Source: Lama guanicoe (Eukaryota). Taken from it: 64,000 nt of DNA. Below, piece by piece: positions 41,261-54,715 of the stretch. Both the position numbers and the translations under genes were made by a program. The stretch lies in the NCBI GenBank assembly GCA_013239625.1, contig MU053504.1, positions 994,001 through 1,058,000 on the forward strand, in the 5' to 3' direction. Under the pieces are notes generated by a model that did not search any database, was not told where the DNA came from, and saw nothing but the letters and a program-made list of their open reading frames with translations. The number at the start of each line of letters is the position of its first letter. Within the stretch, counting starts at the first letter, position 1.

Positions 41261-44200
41261 TAGGCCCCTAGACCGTGCTCCTGGTCCTGTCACCCTGGAC
41301 GTAGACACACCCTCCTTTCGGGACCCGGCACTCGGGCCCTCCATGATCTCATTTCAGCATCCAGGTTCAGACCCCAGCACAAACGTTAGCTGGTATTTTC
41401 ATAACAAGTGCTCATTAAGTGCCAACCATTGTCTTACTAAGTGCTCAGTAAGTGTGAGCCATTATTATGAAACGTCCAGCTCTCTCAGGGGCTGATTTGG
41501 GAGCGGAGGGCTTTGGATCCAGAGTTGGTAGAAGAACTTCAGAGTCCTCCCCGCTCCAGGGCCTCTTCTCTTTCCCTCCCAAAACTAACAAAAAGGAAAA
41601 ACTTGGCTGGACCCACCCACATCCCCTCCCTGTCTGGTTCCAAATATCCTGACACCCTCCAGCTCCACCCTGCAAACTCTTACTTCCTAGTCTTCGTTTT
41701 CCTCTGAGACAACCTTCCGCCCCTCTCAGCTCTTCCTTCATCCCAGGGCAGTCAAGCAAACTGGTGGTTTTCTGGCTAAGTCCTCTTGGGGCCTGCAGAA
41801 TAATAACCCCACAGGTGGGCCTAGAGCTGTCACATAACAACATCTAACATCTTTTCCCTCCAGTTTTTCACATTCTTAATCCTCTGAGGCTGGTTTGCAA
41901 GTGGTTTTATTTATAAGAAGGATGGGGCTCAGTGAAGCACGGCGGGGGTTGCAGTCCTGGGAGGGCTAGTCCTAGTTTCGAGGTTTTACCGCTGTTAGGG
42001 AGTGTGTTCATCCTGAGTGCTCAGTACTCAAATGTCTTGTCAGACTATAGGTAGCCAAGATCCGTTTGTTCAGAGAAGAGAGGGCCAGTGGGCTAGGGAG
42101 GCCCGAGGAGACGTCCTCAGCAGAGAGGTTGCTAATCTGAGCCCTAACTATGCTTCAGATATCTTAGAGTGACTTTAGATAATAACTTTCAAAGTAAATC
42201 CTCTCCTCTTTCTATAAATGGAGAAAGTAAAGGTGAACAAGTATAAGTTGATGAAGGTTAATCAGCATGTAAGGGAAGTAGGGTTGTACTCCTAGTTTCT
42301 TTACTAGAATTTTTCATGGCATAAGCGATGGGAACCCAGATCTGTCTTGATTCAAAGTCTCAATCCTGTTTAAAAGGGGTCACTGTACTCTCCTTACCTG
42401 GAGGATGAACGAAAGCTGACCTGTAAGAATGGGTAGGATTTCGGGTGGGGTTGGACTGGGCATTTTGTTTGTAGCTGTTGCCTGGCTTTAAGATCCTACA
42501 CGCCCATCCCAAGAGAACTCTCTGTCTTGTTTCAAGTACATTGCTTGACAGTGGATTGCGGGACACGATCAGTATCACCTGTGGTCCTTTTTCAAAATAG
42601 GCTTCTGCATTTTATGCCCATTCCTGCTCGATCGACCTACAAAGCCCACCCTCTCTCCTGGGTGAATATATTTGTTTCAAAAAGACTTTCCAGGAGATGC
42701 CTATAGCTTACTGGTATCCTGCAAGCTCTTTATTTCATTCTCAGACTGTTGTCTCTGTGAATAGTGAATGATCTGGGCTTCATATTACACGACTGCCTTG
42801 GGATATAGGAATTTGTCAAAGAGTCCCCTTCTGCCCTCAGTTCATTGATACCAGTTTTGAAACTTCAGCCTGGGGTAGAAGTCTTCGCTTCCTCTCCCTG
42901 CATGCACTGTTCAAACTCTCTTCACTTGTAGAATTTGTCAAAACTACAGCCAACTGTAGTAGCATAGCACAGTGGTTAATACCGTGCACTATGGGGTCAG
43001 ACATTTAGTCCTGGTTTAACTGACTTCAGAAGACAGGGGACAAGTTGTTTAAAACTGTGGGGTGCGTTCCTTTATTCATAGGATAAGAGTCACCTGTTAC
43101 AGAGTTGTTTTGCAGCCTGAGAATGTCAGCAAGGGCTCCAAAGGAGGAGAAATTCACTGTTTTTCCAGTAAGTTCAGGCTACATCTTGAATCTCCCACCA
43201 TCATCCGCATCGAGATTGACAGTGTTCCTGTCTAAGTTTCCCAAATTTGTTTGACCATGGAACACATTTGGTTTCCCGTGTTGTCGGCAGCGCCAAGTTG
43301 ACAGAAACACTGGTATTTTCTTCCTCCCTTTGTGAACTAAAACTGAGGCCTAAAAAAAAAAAAGAAAGAAATATTTTGTTTTTAGGTCACAGACTTAATA
43401 TGTCCATTTTAGTTGTTTGGAGTCTTAAATATGAGCCTCTACCGTGGGTCAGTCTGTGTTCTGGGCCCAGGGATGCAGCAGTACAGACCATGCATGTTGT
43501 CTCTGCTTATGAAACTGATGTTCACACTTACACGTCAGGTGTCAATTTAAAAAGCAGTAAATGGGCATTGAGCTTTTTGCTAGCAATATTAGAGAACACA
43601 GACCCACAATACTCCAGGTTAAGTTTTCTTGACTTCACCTTCCAAGAGTTAGCAGTCTTAATCTGCCCTGGGGCAGATTCCTTCTAGTTTACAGATAATC
43701 TGGTTCAGCGCTGTCATTAATCAGAATGTCCTTTGCAGTCACCTCTTGCCAAGTCACCTGCAATTCACAATAATTTTGAACAGATAAGTGTTAATGTGCC
43801 TTAAAGTTTAAATGAACCAAATCCACAAACTTCTACTGAGAGCCTATAGTGATATTTGCAGAAGAAAAAAAAACTCTTTGACCCAAAGGAACTTAATTTG
43901 AAAAGTTTAAGGACCTGTAGGAGATTCAAACGCTAATCAGAGTCACAGGAGGAAAAGGCAAGTTGGCTCATTAACAGCGGCTTTGTACCATGTTCTAGAA
44001 ATTAACAGAAAAAATGAGAATCAGGAGTTGGCCCAAAGTTAGCAGAAAAGTGGGCCTAGGAACATGTGGATCCGTAGAGAAAAAAGTGGAATTTATTTCA
44101 CAACTGGGCCAAATAGAGAATGATTTTTTCTTCCTCCGCTGTAGTATCAACTTGACCAGGAGGTGTTCTATAGTTTTAAAAAATTATACATGAATAATCC

Positions 44201-45489
44201 AATATCAAAGATGGGGGAGGAGACTTCCTAATGGCAGGTCTTCATCTTACCCAACTTTGATAGACTTCTGTCTTTGTGTCTTTCCTTTCTCTCTAAACAT
44301 AGACCAGGTAAGTCCTACGCAGAGTATTATATAGAGAACCGGAGTTGGTGAGCAGTCTTAGACGTCTGATCTGACCTTCTGTTTCACAGGGGAGGAAATG
44401 GAAGCCCAGAAAAGGGACAAGACTTGCCCCAAATGAGTTTGTGGTAGAATTCAAACCACCCTCCCAGGCTTTTTTAAACCAGATTAACAGTCCTATAAAT
44501 TATTTGATTGATGGGTTGGTGGCTTTAACTTTCAAGTAGTTTTCATTAAAAGAAAAGAGTTAAGGCATCAAGAGTTTGCTTTTATACTCTTGTTTCCATC
44601 GCCAAAGGACCCTGTCTTGAATGCACCTAAAACTGGGTTCAAGATTACTGCCACTTAGACAGCAGGCAAGCCTGAGCTCACTGTCAAACTCAAATTCTGG
44701 TGCTCTCTAAGGTGCACATTGATCCTTCTGACAGAGGCAACAAATAAAGACAAAAAGAAAGAAAAAAATCCAAGACAACTGAATTAGAAGTTTGAAAACT
44801 CTAGGAGCCTAGCTTATCCTAACTTGGTAAAACTTGTTTCATTTTACCAATTATTTAACGTTTGCTGTACTCAAGATGCCTTTAGGTGGCTTGACATGGG
44901 TGGGAATCTCGGCCTTTGGGCTGTAGTCTTGTCTGCACACCGATGCCCAGTGGTGACTGAGCCGCACATCGTATTAGAAGAGGCTGTACCACGTTTCCTC
45001 CATGAGGCACACAGAAGACACGTACGTACCCAGACGACCACAGTGCAAGGTTACGAGTGGTGGGTGTCCTGGAAAACAGTAGAGGTTCCTCCTGGGAGGA
45101 GAGAGGCCTGGGGAAGCAAGGAAGGAAGTAGACTTCAGTAAGCTGTGAGGGGGACTGGGTGTGGGGAGCGGCCAGGGTCTTAGTGGAGGGGCTGTCGGCC
45201 TGTAGTCTCTCAGCCTAGGGAAACTTCAGGCTCGGAGCCGGGCACCCATCCCAGGCCTCCAGAAAGCAACTCTGAATTCTCTGCTATAGGGTGGGGCCTC
45301 AGAGTTTAGAGAACCCCAGGTAGAGGTAGAGGCAGAGGCTGAATGGTGATCTTTGGCTACCCTGACATAGATAAAAGGCGGCATTAAAGGCCCTGGAAAT
45401 GAACGGGATACAGTAGAACATTGGTACTGACTGGAGTCAGAAGGTCTTAGTCCCCGTTTCATCCTGTTAATAAAAATAAAACTCATTGG

Positions 45490-45695
45490 CTGTGTGCCGG
45501 GAGCTGTTCTCAAAGCCTTAAACCTGTTAGCTGATTCAATCCTCACAGCCACCTTTGAAAGTCTATAATTATCCCTATTTTACAGGTAAGACAACTGAGG
45601 CACTGAGGTTAGTGAGGCTGCTGATGTAAAGCAGCTAAGCAGATAGCCAAGCCCAGATGATGTGCCGGCATCCTGCTCCCCTTGACAGCCGTGCT
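45490..45695 (-). mobile_element. MIR SINE (intron 2)
   Basis: attatccctattttacaggtaagacaactgaggcactgaggttagtga. Confidence 0.75.
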
Positions 45696-48600
45696 GCACT
45701 CTTGGGAAGGGGCTTAAGTTCTGGCCTCTTCTGTTTTTCTTGGTTGTTAAATAGGCATAATCATACTTCACTCAGAGACCATTTGTTTTTGACTATGTAT
45801 TGACCAGCACTTGGAGCACCACGGGTGCCTCCCCTATGTCTCAGCTGCCAAGGACCCTCTACCTCCTTTCTGGTGTACTCTTGATTGTCTTGGGACAAGC
45901 ACACAGACTTCTCTCTTGCTATCACAGACTGCCTGCCTTCTGGGTGCATTGGGGGTTTTAGATACCAGCCCCAGGAGATAGAAACAGCCCTTACTTAATT
46001 GAGAGCTTTGATTAATTGGGGTTGCATTGGGTAGGGCTCTTTATAGTATAAATTAACTCTCCAGGAGAGCTAAGATCCCTAACAACATCAGTTTATTTTC
46101 AACTGGAATTTGGCTTTTGGTGGTATGGAGCCAGGGCCCTCTGCAGTGACTCACAAATTCTGGGTGTCTACCTAGTTGTGTTAATCTACACATTCCGCAT
46201 GCCCTATACCAGAACATTCCCTGTTGTTGCTGTTTGAAGCCTCTCCAGCCAACAATTCTCATCCTGATTCATCTCAACCCAGTTATTGAGGACCTACTGT
46301 CAATAGGTGTGAGTTGCGTTGCGGGGAGTGCACAAACGCGGTCTCGTTCCACTGTGAGTGCCCGTCCAGGGGACCCAGCACAGCCACTGTTATTTCCCTG
46401 CAGCCTGCGAGAGGTGCCCTGGGGGGGAGCAGCTGCCAGGAGTGTGGACTCCGTTCAGGGGCGGAAAGGGCGAGTTGTAAAATGGTGAGAAGTGAGCCTG
46501 GCAAGCAGACTGCGTGGGCTCCCGCGCTCTGCCTGGCTGTTGGTTCTGCAGGGCTAACAAGTCCCTGCTCTGTTCCAAGTTCTGATAGCCTTTCATGGCG
46601 TTTTCGTGGTTCATTCTCCCATACAGGCCTCTCCACTTTAGGCTGCTGCTTTTGTAACCCGGTCTTACAAGAAAATCAAGAGCCATCAGGTTGAGTCACT
46701 TGTCCAGCATGCAGGCACTGTGGGGTCAGGGTCTAGGTTTACATCCAGATGTTCTTGTCCAAATTCCGCATTCTTGACATACTGCTTTATGACCAGCCAG
46801 ACACATGAACATGATTCGTCCCCGGTGTTTGTCTGCTTAAGTGTCCAGGCGCCTTGCAGGATGCTTCATGTATCAGCTAAATCTTACAACAGCCCAGTGA
46901 GGTGGGTGTCTCTTCCCAGTTTATGGGGCAGGGATGATATAATCACACACTTTGACTTTCTGATCTCAGTGTCATCTTTTGCCCGACATGTGGGAGCCGT
47001 CTTCTCTGGCCTCCAGTGCCAGGAGTATTGAAGTTGGTAACTTGCTAGGATTGGCTGCAGTCAGGTGGGAATGACGATGGTGGTGGTCAGGATGTGGCTC
47101 CCCAAGGTACCTTACCCTCTGCAAAGCGTGTTTCACATCTGTGACTTAACTCACTGTAATAATGCTGGGTGAGAAGACTGAGGCTGAGTGGATCAGAGAT
47201 TTGCCCCAGGTTCTAGCTACCTTCCCATCACCCTCAGTCTCAACCACCCAGTAAACCAATGGGCAGAGTTGGGGTCTAAACCTTGGCTCTTCATCTTCTG
47301 CTCTGTGCTCTTCCAGTGACCTGCCTCTCAACAGAAATGCAGCCAGTGTGTTGAGTGCCGCGTTCCCTCCCTCCACCTTGCCGTGATGTGAGGTAGCCGA
47401 GAGGCCCAGGGAGGCAATCTGCCTGTAGGAAAGGACTGGAATGCTGACATGCCTCTCATGTTTTTTTGTGGGCAGCTGAGATTCTTGCATGAAAACACAT
47501 GCTGCAGCTTCTCGTGAAATGAGTCCAAGGCGCTTGCCTGTGCAAGGAAGTGCTTTTTGTCTTTGGGACAAGTAGCTGGCGTCCCCCGTTTCCCTTCTGT
47601 CATGGTCACTGATGCTGTGTCTGAGTTGGAGACTGCTCCCTGTCCAGTGCTGTCATCTCAACAAACAGCCCCTCCTTTAGCATCTCTGACCTTTGCTCAT
47701 TCCCCCAAAGCAGGCTTCCCGGGCCCAGGTCTCGTCTGCCTGCCCACTCACCAACTCGTTCACCTTTTTTTTCCCCTTTCCCTGGATTCCCATAACCTGG
47801 ACTTACATTGTATGTAGTCTGTTTTGCAAAGTTGTTTTCCTTTTACTTCGATTACCATAGTTACCAACTTTGTATATAAAATAATCATCATTCCCCACCC
47901 TTTATTTCCCCACTAGAAGTTTCAGTGTTTTCTGATGTGGCCTTTGCAGAAGGAATTTGATAGCTTTTTAATAGTTCCTTTCTGGCCCTACCACCAGCGA
48001 ACATTTCTTGCCCTCGTTTTTATGGGTCTTTACTCTGGAGTGTAGATTGATTGGGGCTCAGATCGCTGCTTCATTTTGCAGTCTTTTTAGATAAAGAGCC
48101 TCAGCCCACTAGAGCCAGTGACCTAGAAAGAGGATTATGAGATGGGAAACAACTGATTTTTAAAAAACAAAACCCATCTGCCCTAAACTGGTTCTACCTG
48201 TATTACTTTTGATTGTGAGCAATATAAACAAATTATGTAATTAACGGGGGAAGTGTGGTCTGTCAAATCATGGTCAGAAACCTAAAGCTTTTGGCTTGTC
48301 CATCTTCTTGCATCAACATAGAACTTCCAAACCACTGGCTTTGACAGGCTGTGTGTCTTGGTAATTTCAGGGCCTTTTGGCTTGGTGGGGTTTTACCCAG
48401 ATCACCAGTTCTCATAATAAAGAAGAGTAAGTGACGGGTGAAGGAAACCCTCTGGCAGACCTTCAGTTTTGGCAGAAGGGAGATACTGGGACTTTTCTCA
48501 GAGGACTTGTCTTCAGGGTTGGGCTCAGTCACCAGTGGTCCACGTGACCGCCCAGGGCAGACCCAGCCTCCTCGGTGGCAGGATGAGACATCTGCCACTT

Positions 48601-49608
48601 AGGCTCAAGCTTTTGGGACGCTTGTCGTCATCAGATAGTTCCGTGCTAGGGGTTCAGGGTACCATTAATTGCTTTGTAAAGATTATTGGGATTTGTTTGA
48701 AGATGCCAATCACCAGCTTCTCTGGAGTTTCTGTTGTTCAAGAGGAAAGACTTTTGGTGGTGCTGGAGTTTCAAGCCCACACAACTTGACTTCATCTTCT
48801 GTCTCTACTTCAGACTCCTGTTTACGCGTCCCCAGTCCTCTTGTTCCTGTGCTTCGTTATCCATCCCATCTCAGCCTGGAGCTCCCTTCTACCCACTCCT
48901 TACTGATCTACTGCCTATTTTTTAACTCGAGTCCTGCCCCTTCGAACTCCTTTAGATCAGGTGACCCTTTCCACCCTTCACTGTTAATAAAACCTGGCCT
49001 TGATGCAGATGCACCGCTTATGGTGCTTGCTGTTATGAATACCTGTTACTCCTTGAAACTGAACTTCGTAGCAGTGGGCCTGTCATGTACCTAACTAGTG
49101 CTAGGTGTAGGGTGGGCTACCAGAAAACACTGAGTTGCAGTGTGCCTCTGAAATAGAATTGTAGTGGCATTCTAGACGCATTGACAACAGTCAGTGGAGG
49201 GAAGGGGAGGTCTTTGGCCTGGCGTGGAGTGACAAAAACAGTGGCTTTGTGGTCATGGATTTGATTCTCCAACTCTCTGAGCTTCAGGGTCTCAGCATTT
49301 CTCCTCACTCTTAGGGTGGTGGTTATATTAACTTGAACATCAGATACCGTCACAGGTACTCTGTCAGTGTTACACATGGCCATTTACAGGTGAAGAAGCA
49401 GGAGTAGAGACTTGGAAAGGTAAACTAAGATGCCTCCTGGCTGTTCAGCCCGTCAACAGTAAACCTTATCTTGTTCTCCCTGAGCTCACCCTGTGTGAGT
49501 AGAGATGGCTCCTGGCACATTGTGCCGGTCCTCTTGCATTGAAGTGATTGTCATCACTGTCACCCTTACTGTAACAGGCTGCATCCCTGGAGTCTAAAAG
49601 TGGTGTGA

Positions 49609-50367
<759 letters not shown>

Positions 50368-50405
50368 AATTCAGGGCAAAGCATCTTGGGTGTTCTTAAA
50401 ACTCG
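50368..50405 (+). other. STK35: Short 3'UTR part of exon 3 followed by a splice donor (3'UTR intron)
   Basis: Consensus donor TCG|GTGAGT at 50405/50406, 38 nt after the stop codon. The downstream sequence is repeat-containing and intron-like. Confidence 0.75.
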
Positions 50406-51009
50406 GTGAGTGCACTCCTTTTGTTCTGCACGCACACTTCCTGGACCACTGGATTCTTCTGCCCGGGCCCAGGGTTGGGAGGGTGCTGTAAAGCTGGGGG
50501 GAACGCAGAGTTGAAGAGAACTAAGTGCTTGTTATCGAAGATTCCCCCCCACTCCCCGAGTCTTGATGAGGGGGCGTGGGATTATCTGAGTGCAAGTTTT
50601 TTTGGAAAGTCTAGAGAAGTTTTCTGAGTGGATGTTGCATTTGAGTTGAGTCTCTTAAGTCTTTTAGAAACACTTTCTTACCAGTTAATAAATGCTCACT
50701 GTAGAAAATATGCAAAAGAAGTATGGACAGTTTTTTCAGAATAAGCAATATTTTTCCCCTACTCGCACGTCCAATTCTGATAGTTTAGAGCATGCTGTAG
50801 TTAGGTATAGTTTTGTTTCCTGTCTTCCATTGAACACTAATCTGAGGATTTCTGCAGGTTGTACTTTGAAAGTGTGGCCCTCAGTAATTGATGTTCCATA
50901 GTAGGTAGCGTATTGTAACCATTTCCCCACTTTGGATATCAGATGGTTTCTCCATCTGAGATACTCTAAACAGTGTGTGAGTGCCACATATTCTTATATA
51001 GAAGTCCTT

Positions 51010-51780
51010 GCTTATTTAACAGATTTATTACAGACTTTTATTTGTCAAGTCCTGTGCTAGGCTCTGGAGGAACATTGATAAGCAAAATCAGAAACTTGCC
51101 CCATCCTCAAAGCGAGTGCTGCAGCTCAGTCAGGGAGAGAAACATTAAAGCAGTTATTTCTGATGGTTGCTTTCCAATGTAAGGAAATTGACCTTTCAGG
51201 GAATAGTGCCCAGAGGCAAGAGGAGGGACTTGGGAGCGGAGGAGAGCATTCCAGGTGAAAGGACTAGCCTCTGCAAAGGACCTGAAGCCCAAGGGAGCCT
51301 CCAGCAGTTTGGGGTTGGGAAGAATGCAGCCAGGTGGTGACTGGGGATGACAGTGGCCGGCAGGAGCGTGGCCAGAGCTGAGCTAGAAAATCCAAAAGTA
51401 TGTGCCAGGAACAGTAGTGGTAGTTCAGTTAGACCAGAGTCTGAGGTGAGCAAGGGAAATAAGAATAGAAATAAGGTGAAACAGGGGACCCTGGAATTTG
51501 ACCTTGACTTAGTAGGCATGTGGGAACCGTCTGTGAACCAGAGCAAAAGATTGTAACATTGAGAAGTTCAGCATGTGCAAATTGAATTGAACTGGAGATT
51601 GGGAGATCAGCTGGACCAATTACTTTGTTCACACCAGTAAGGGATGTTGTTGAACCTGGACTGGAGTAGCACTGAGGGTAGGGGAGTGCCTGGATCTTGG
51701 GGCTGAGAATTGGCAAGACAGCTGCCAATGTGGAAGACGGTAAGAAAGTAGTAATAGGTATTGGGAGATTCATGTCAATA
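51010..51780 (-). mobile_element. L2 fragment (intron 3)
   Basis: atttaacagatttatt...cctgtgctaggctctgg...gagcattccaggtgaaaggactagc. Confidence 0.65.
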
Positions 51781-52994
51781 GATACAAATGCTGACTAGTC
51801 AGTATTGGTCAGATTTATTTTCCTTAAAAAAAAAAGAAAAGTCCCCAGCCTTGTTCTGTGGGAATGGAAAGAAAAAGAACAATGGCCACCATAAACGCTA
51901 GGTGTTCTCATGTGTACCATTTTGTTTCACGTTTGCAGCCCTGCGAGGGGTTAAGTCATTTACCCAAGATCCTGCTAATTGAATAATTGAAGGACAGGTA
52001 TATCTTACTCCTGTTCCTTCCTCCTCCCTCCTTTTCTCCCCAATATGGCGAGTTGGAAGTAAGACACTCTTCAGATTTTGCTGAAGCCTTGAGAGGAGGT
52101 GTTGGCGGGCGGAAGCTGATCCCAGTGGTCCCAGGGAAGGAGCCTCGTCAGCACCTAGGTGCAGAGCCGTCCATTCCCTGCATGGGTGCTTAGTCTCCCT
52201 TTCCCATCGGCGCCCACAGATTTCTAGTTGAGTTGGTTAGGACTGAGTTGATCCTGGTTACACTGCAGTGTTCTCAGTGAACTTACTTCTCGAGTGAGTC
52301 ACTCTAGGTTTAATTCTTCCATTCCACAAACACTGAGTATCTTCCAGGTGCCAGGCCAGTTTGTCCTACGGCCCAATGAGTAAGAGAGCAACGTTCCCTA
52401 GAGCTTGGTTTGGGGTAAGAAGGGTTGGCTGGACAGTGTTTTAATTATATTTCATGCTGTCACTTCCCATTTCCGTCTCATCTTGTCCACTTTTTAAAAA
52501 CCTCTTAGGATTCAACTTTGCCCTGGGCTAGGAGGAAGGTTGACATTGAAAGAGGGACCTGAATTTGGGCTAGTATTACGGGGTTGTCACAACTAATTGA
52601 GATCACGGCTCCCATTTGGATATTCATACTTGGGATTTACTCTGTGTTACTGGGCAGAGTTAAAGCTAAATGGAAGTGATTGCTTCCGGTAGGAGAAATA
52701 GGAGGTGACCTTGAGATAAGAAAAGATCAGGAATAAAGTTACTGTCAAGTGTCCCAACTCTGAAAACTAGTGAGGACAGTGCTTGGTCAGTTGGTGCCTT
52801 TCCTGCCTATGTGGGCCTGGACCCAGGTCTGTGTGACCCGGGGCTGAGCCCTGTGGTACCAAAGCTTCAAGTCACTTGTGGGATAAATGAGGAGTTTGGC
52901 TGGTTAGAGAATCAGAGACCTGAGTTGGGAGGAACTATTGAGTCCAAGCTCCCCTCTGTCCCAAACCAGCTTTATAGATGGAGAAGCCAGTTCC

Positions 52995-54285
52995 ATGTAT
53001 TCACTCAACATGTTTATTGGGAAACTATTTGCCGGGGGCTATTGCAGGCACAGAAGATATATGCGTGAACAAAACCGACAGTTCTTGCAGTTGTGGAGCT
53101 TGCATTCAACTGGGGAGACAGATGATAAACATAGCTTTGTGGGTGAGGGCAATGCAGAGCAGGAGAAGGGAGATCAGAATGCAGCGGGGGAGTGGGGGAT
53201 GGAGGCATACATATTTTGCCGGGAAAAAGATCAGGGTGGGCCTCCTAAGACAGTGACCTTTGAGTGAAGGTTAGGAGTGGAGGGAGTGAGTCATGAGGAC
53301 TTCTGGAGGAAGAACATCCCAGACAGTGGCAACAGCCAGTATAACAGCTTGAAGACTGGGTGAGCAAGAGGAAAGTGTAGAAAGGGGCCAGAGAGGTAAC
53401 TAGGAGTTAACTAGAACAGCTCTTGTAGGCCATTGTAAGGGTCTGGCTTTTATTCTTGGGTAAGATGGGAAGTCATTGGTGTGTTTTCAGCTGTCTGATA
53501 TCTGACCCTTTTTGAAAGGATCACTGTAACTGCTGTGCTGAAAGTAAACTACAGAGGAGCAAGTGAGGGGATATAAGATGGGAAGCTACTTTGGTAACTC
53601 AGGCGAGAGAGAATGGCTTCAAACAATCTGAGCAGGGAGGTGGGAGGTGTTGATTGGATTTTGGGTGAATTTTGAAGTCAGCCAACAGGATGCTGGATTG
53701 AACAGAAGATGTGAGAGAGGAGAATTAAGGGTGGCTCCAAGTTCTTGGCCTTGAAAGCCTTTGGAAGGAGAGGATCAAGTGGGTTGGGGAAGACGCTGGG
53801 AAGAACAGGTTTGGCTGGAGAAAGTTAGATTTTAGTCATCCGAAAGCGGGAATGCCTGTTTAGAATCCAGGTACAGAGACCGCGTAGGCAGTTGAATGAG
53901 TCTGGAGTTCAGGGGGGAGATCTGGTCTAGAGATACAAATTTGGAGACGGCTAAGGTACAGAAGTGGGTATAGAGAAGATTTCAAAGCAAAACTGAGCTC
54001 AGGCCATCCAACACTGAGGCTAGGGAGAAGAAAAGGAGCCAGAGAAATAGGAGACCTAGGCATGGTGTCCTGGAAGCCGGGTAAAGAAAAGACACCCAGG
54101 GGAGGAAGTTACCAGCTGTAGTACATAGGCAGGTTGAGTGAGATGTGGACTGGGTGTTGACCTCTGGATTTAGCAACTGGGCAGTCCTTAGTGCTCATGA
54201 GCAATTTTGGTGGCACGTAATGAGAACCCCCTAACTAGGGTGGGTTTGAGAGAGTGAAGGAGAGAAATTGCAGATGGTGAGAGAA
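52995..54285 (-). mobile_element. Long L2 fragment (intron 3)
   Basis: tattcactcaacatgtttattgg...gtgacctttgag...cttgtaggccattgtaagg...tctggagttcaggggggagatctgg...ggatttagcaac. Confidence 0.8.
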
Positions 54286-54289
54286 TGGA

Positions 54290-54715
54290 CCACTGATTCT
54301 TAAAGTTTTTGGTCTGAAGGCCCCATTACGCTCCTGAAATTGACTCCAGCGTTTTTGTTTTGAGTTATATCTATGGATATTTGTGGTTTGAAAAATCAGG
54401 ACTGAGAAACGTTTTAAATGCTCCTTTCAAATGAATGATAATTTAGTTACATATTAAGATATGTATCATAACTGATGAAAAATAACTTCAAAAATATGTA
54501 GTGAGTAGTGTGGCATTTATATTTTTGCAAACCTTAGTATCTGCCTTGGTAGTCAGTGGATTCTGTTGCTTCGGCACTGTAACTTTGGTGCTGTGTCACT
54601 CATCATGTAACTTCTGGAAAAAACTTCACCATACTCTTACAAGAAAATTAAACTGAAGAAGGCAAATAATGTCTTAGTATTATGATGAAAAGGTTTGGCT
54701 TTGTGGACTCAAGCT
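54290..54715. mobile_element. hAT-Charlie1-like DNA transposon
   Basis: aaagtttttggtctgaaggcccc...gttatatctatggatattt...aaggcaaataatgtcttagtattatgatgaaaa, homologous to 27092-27541. Confidence 0.65.
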
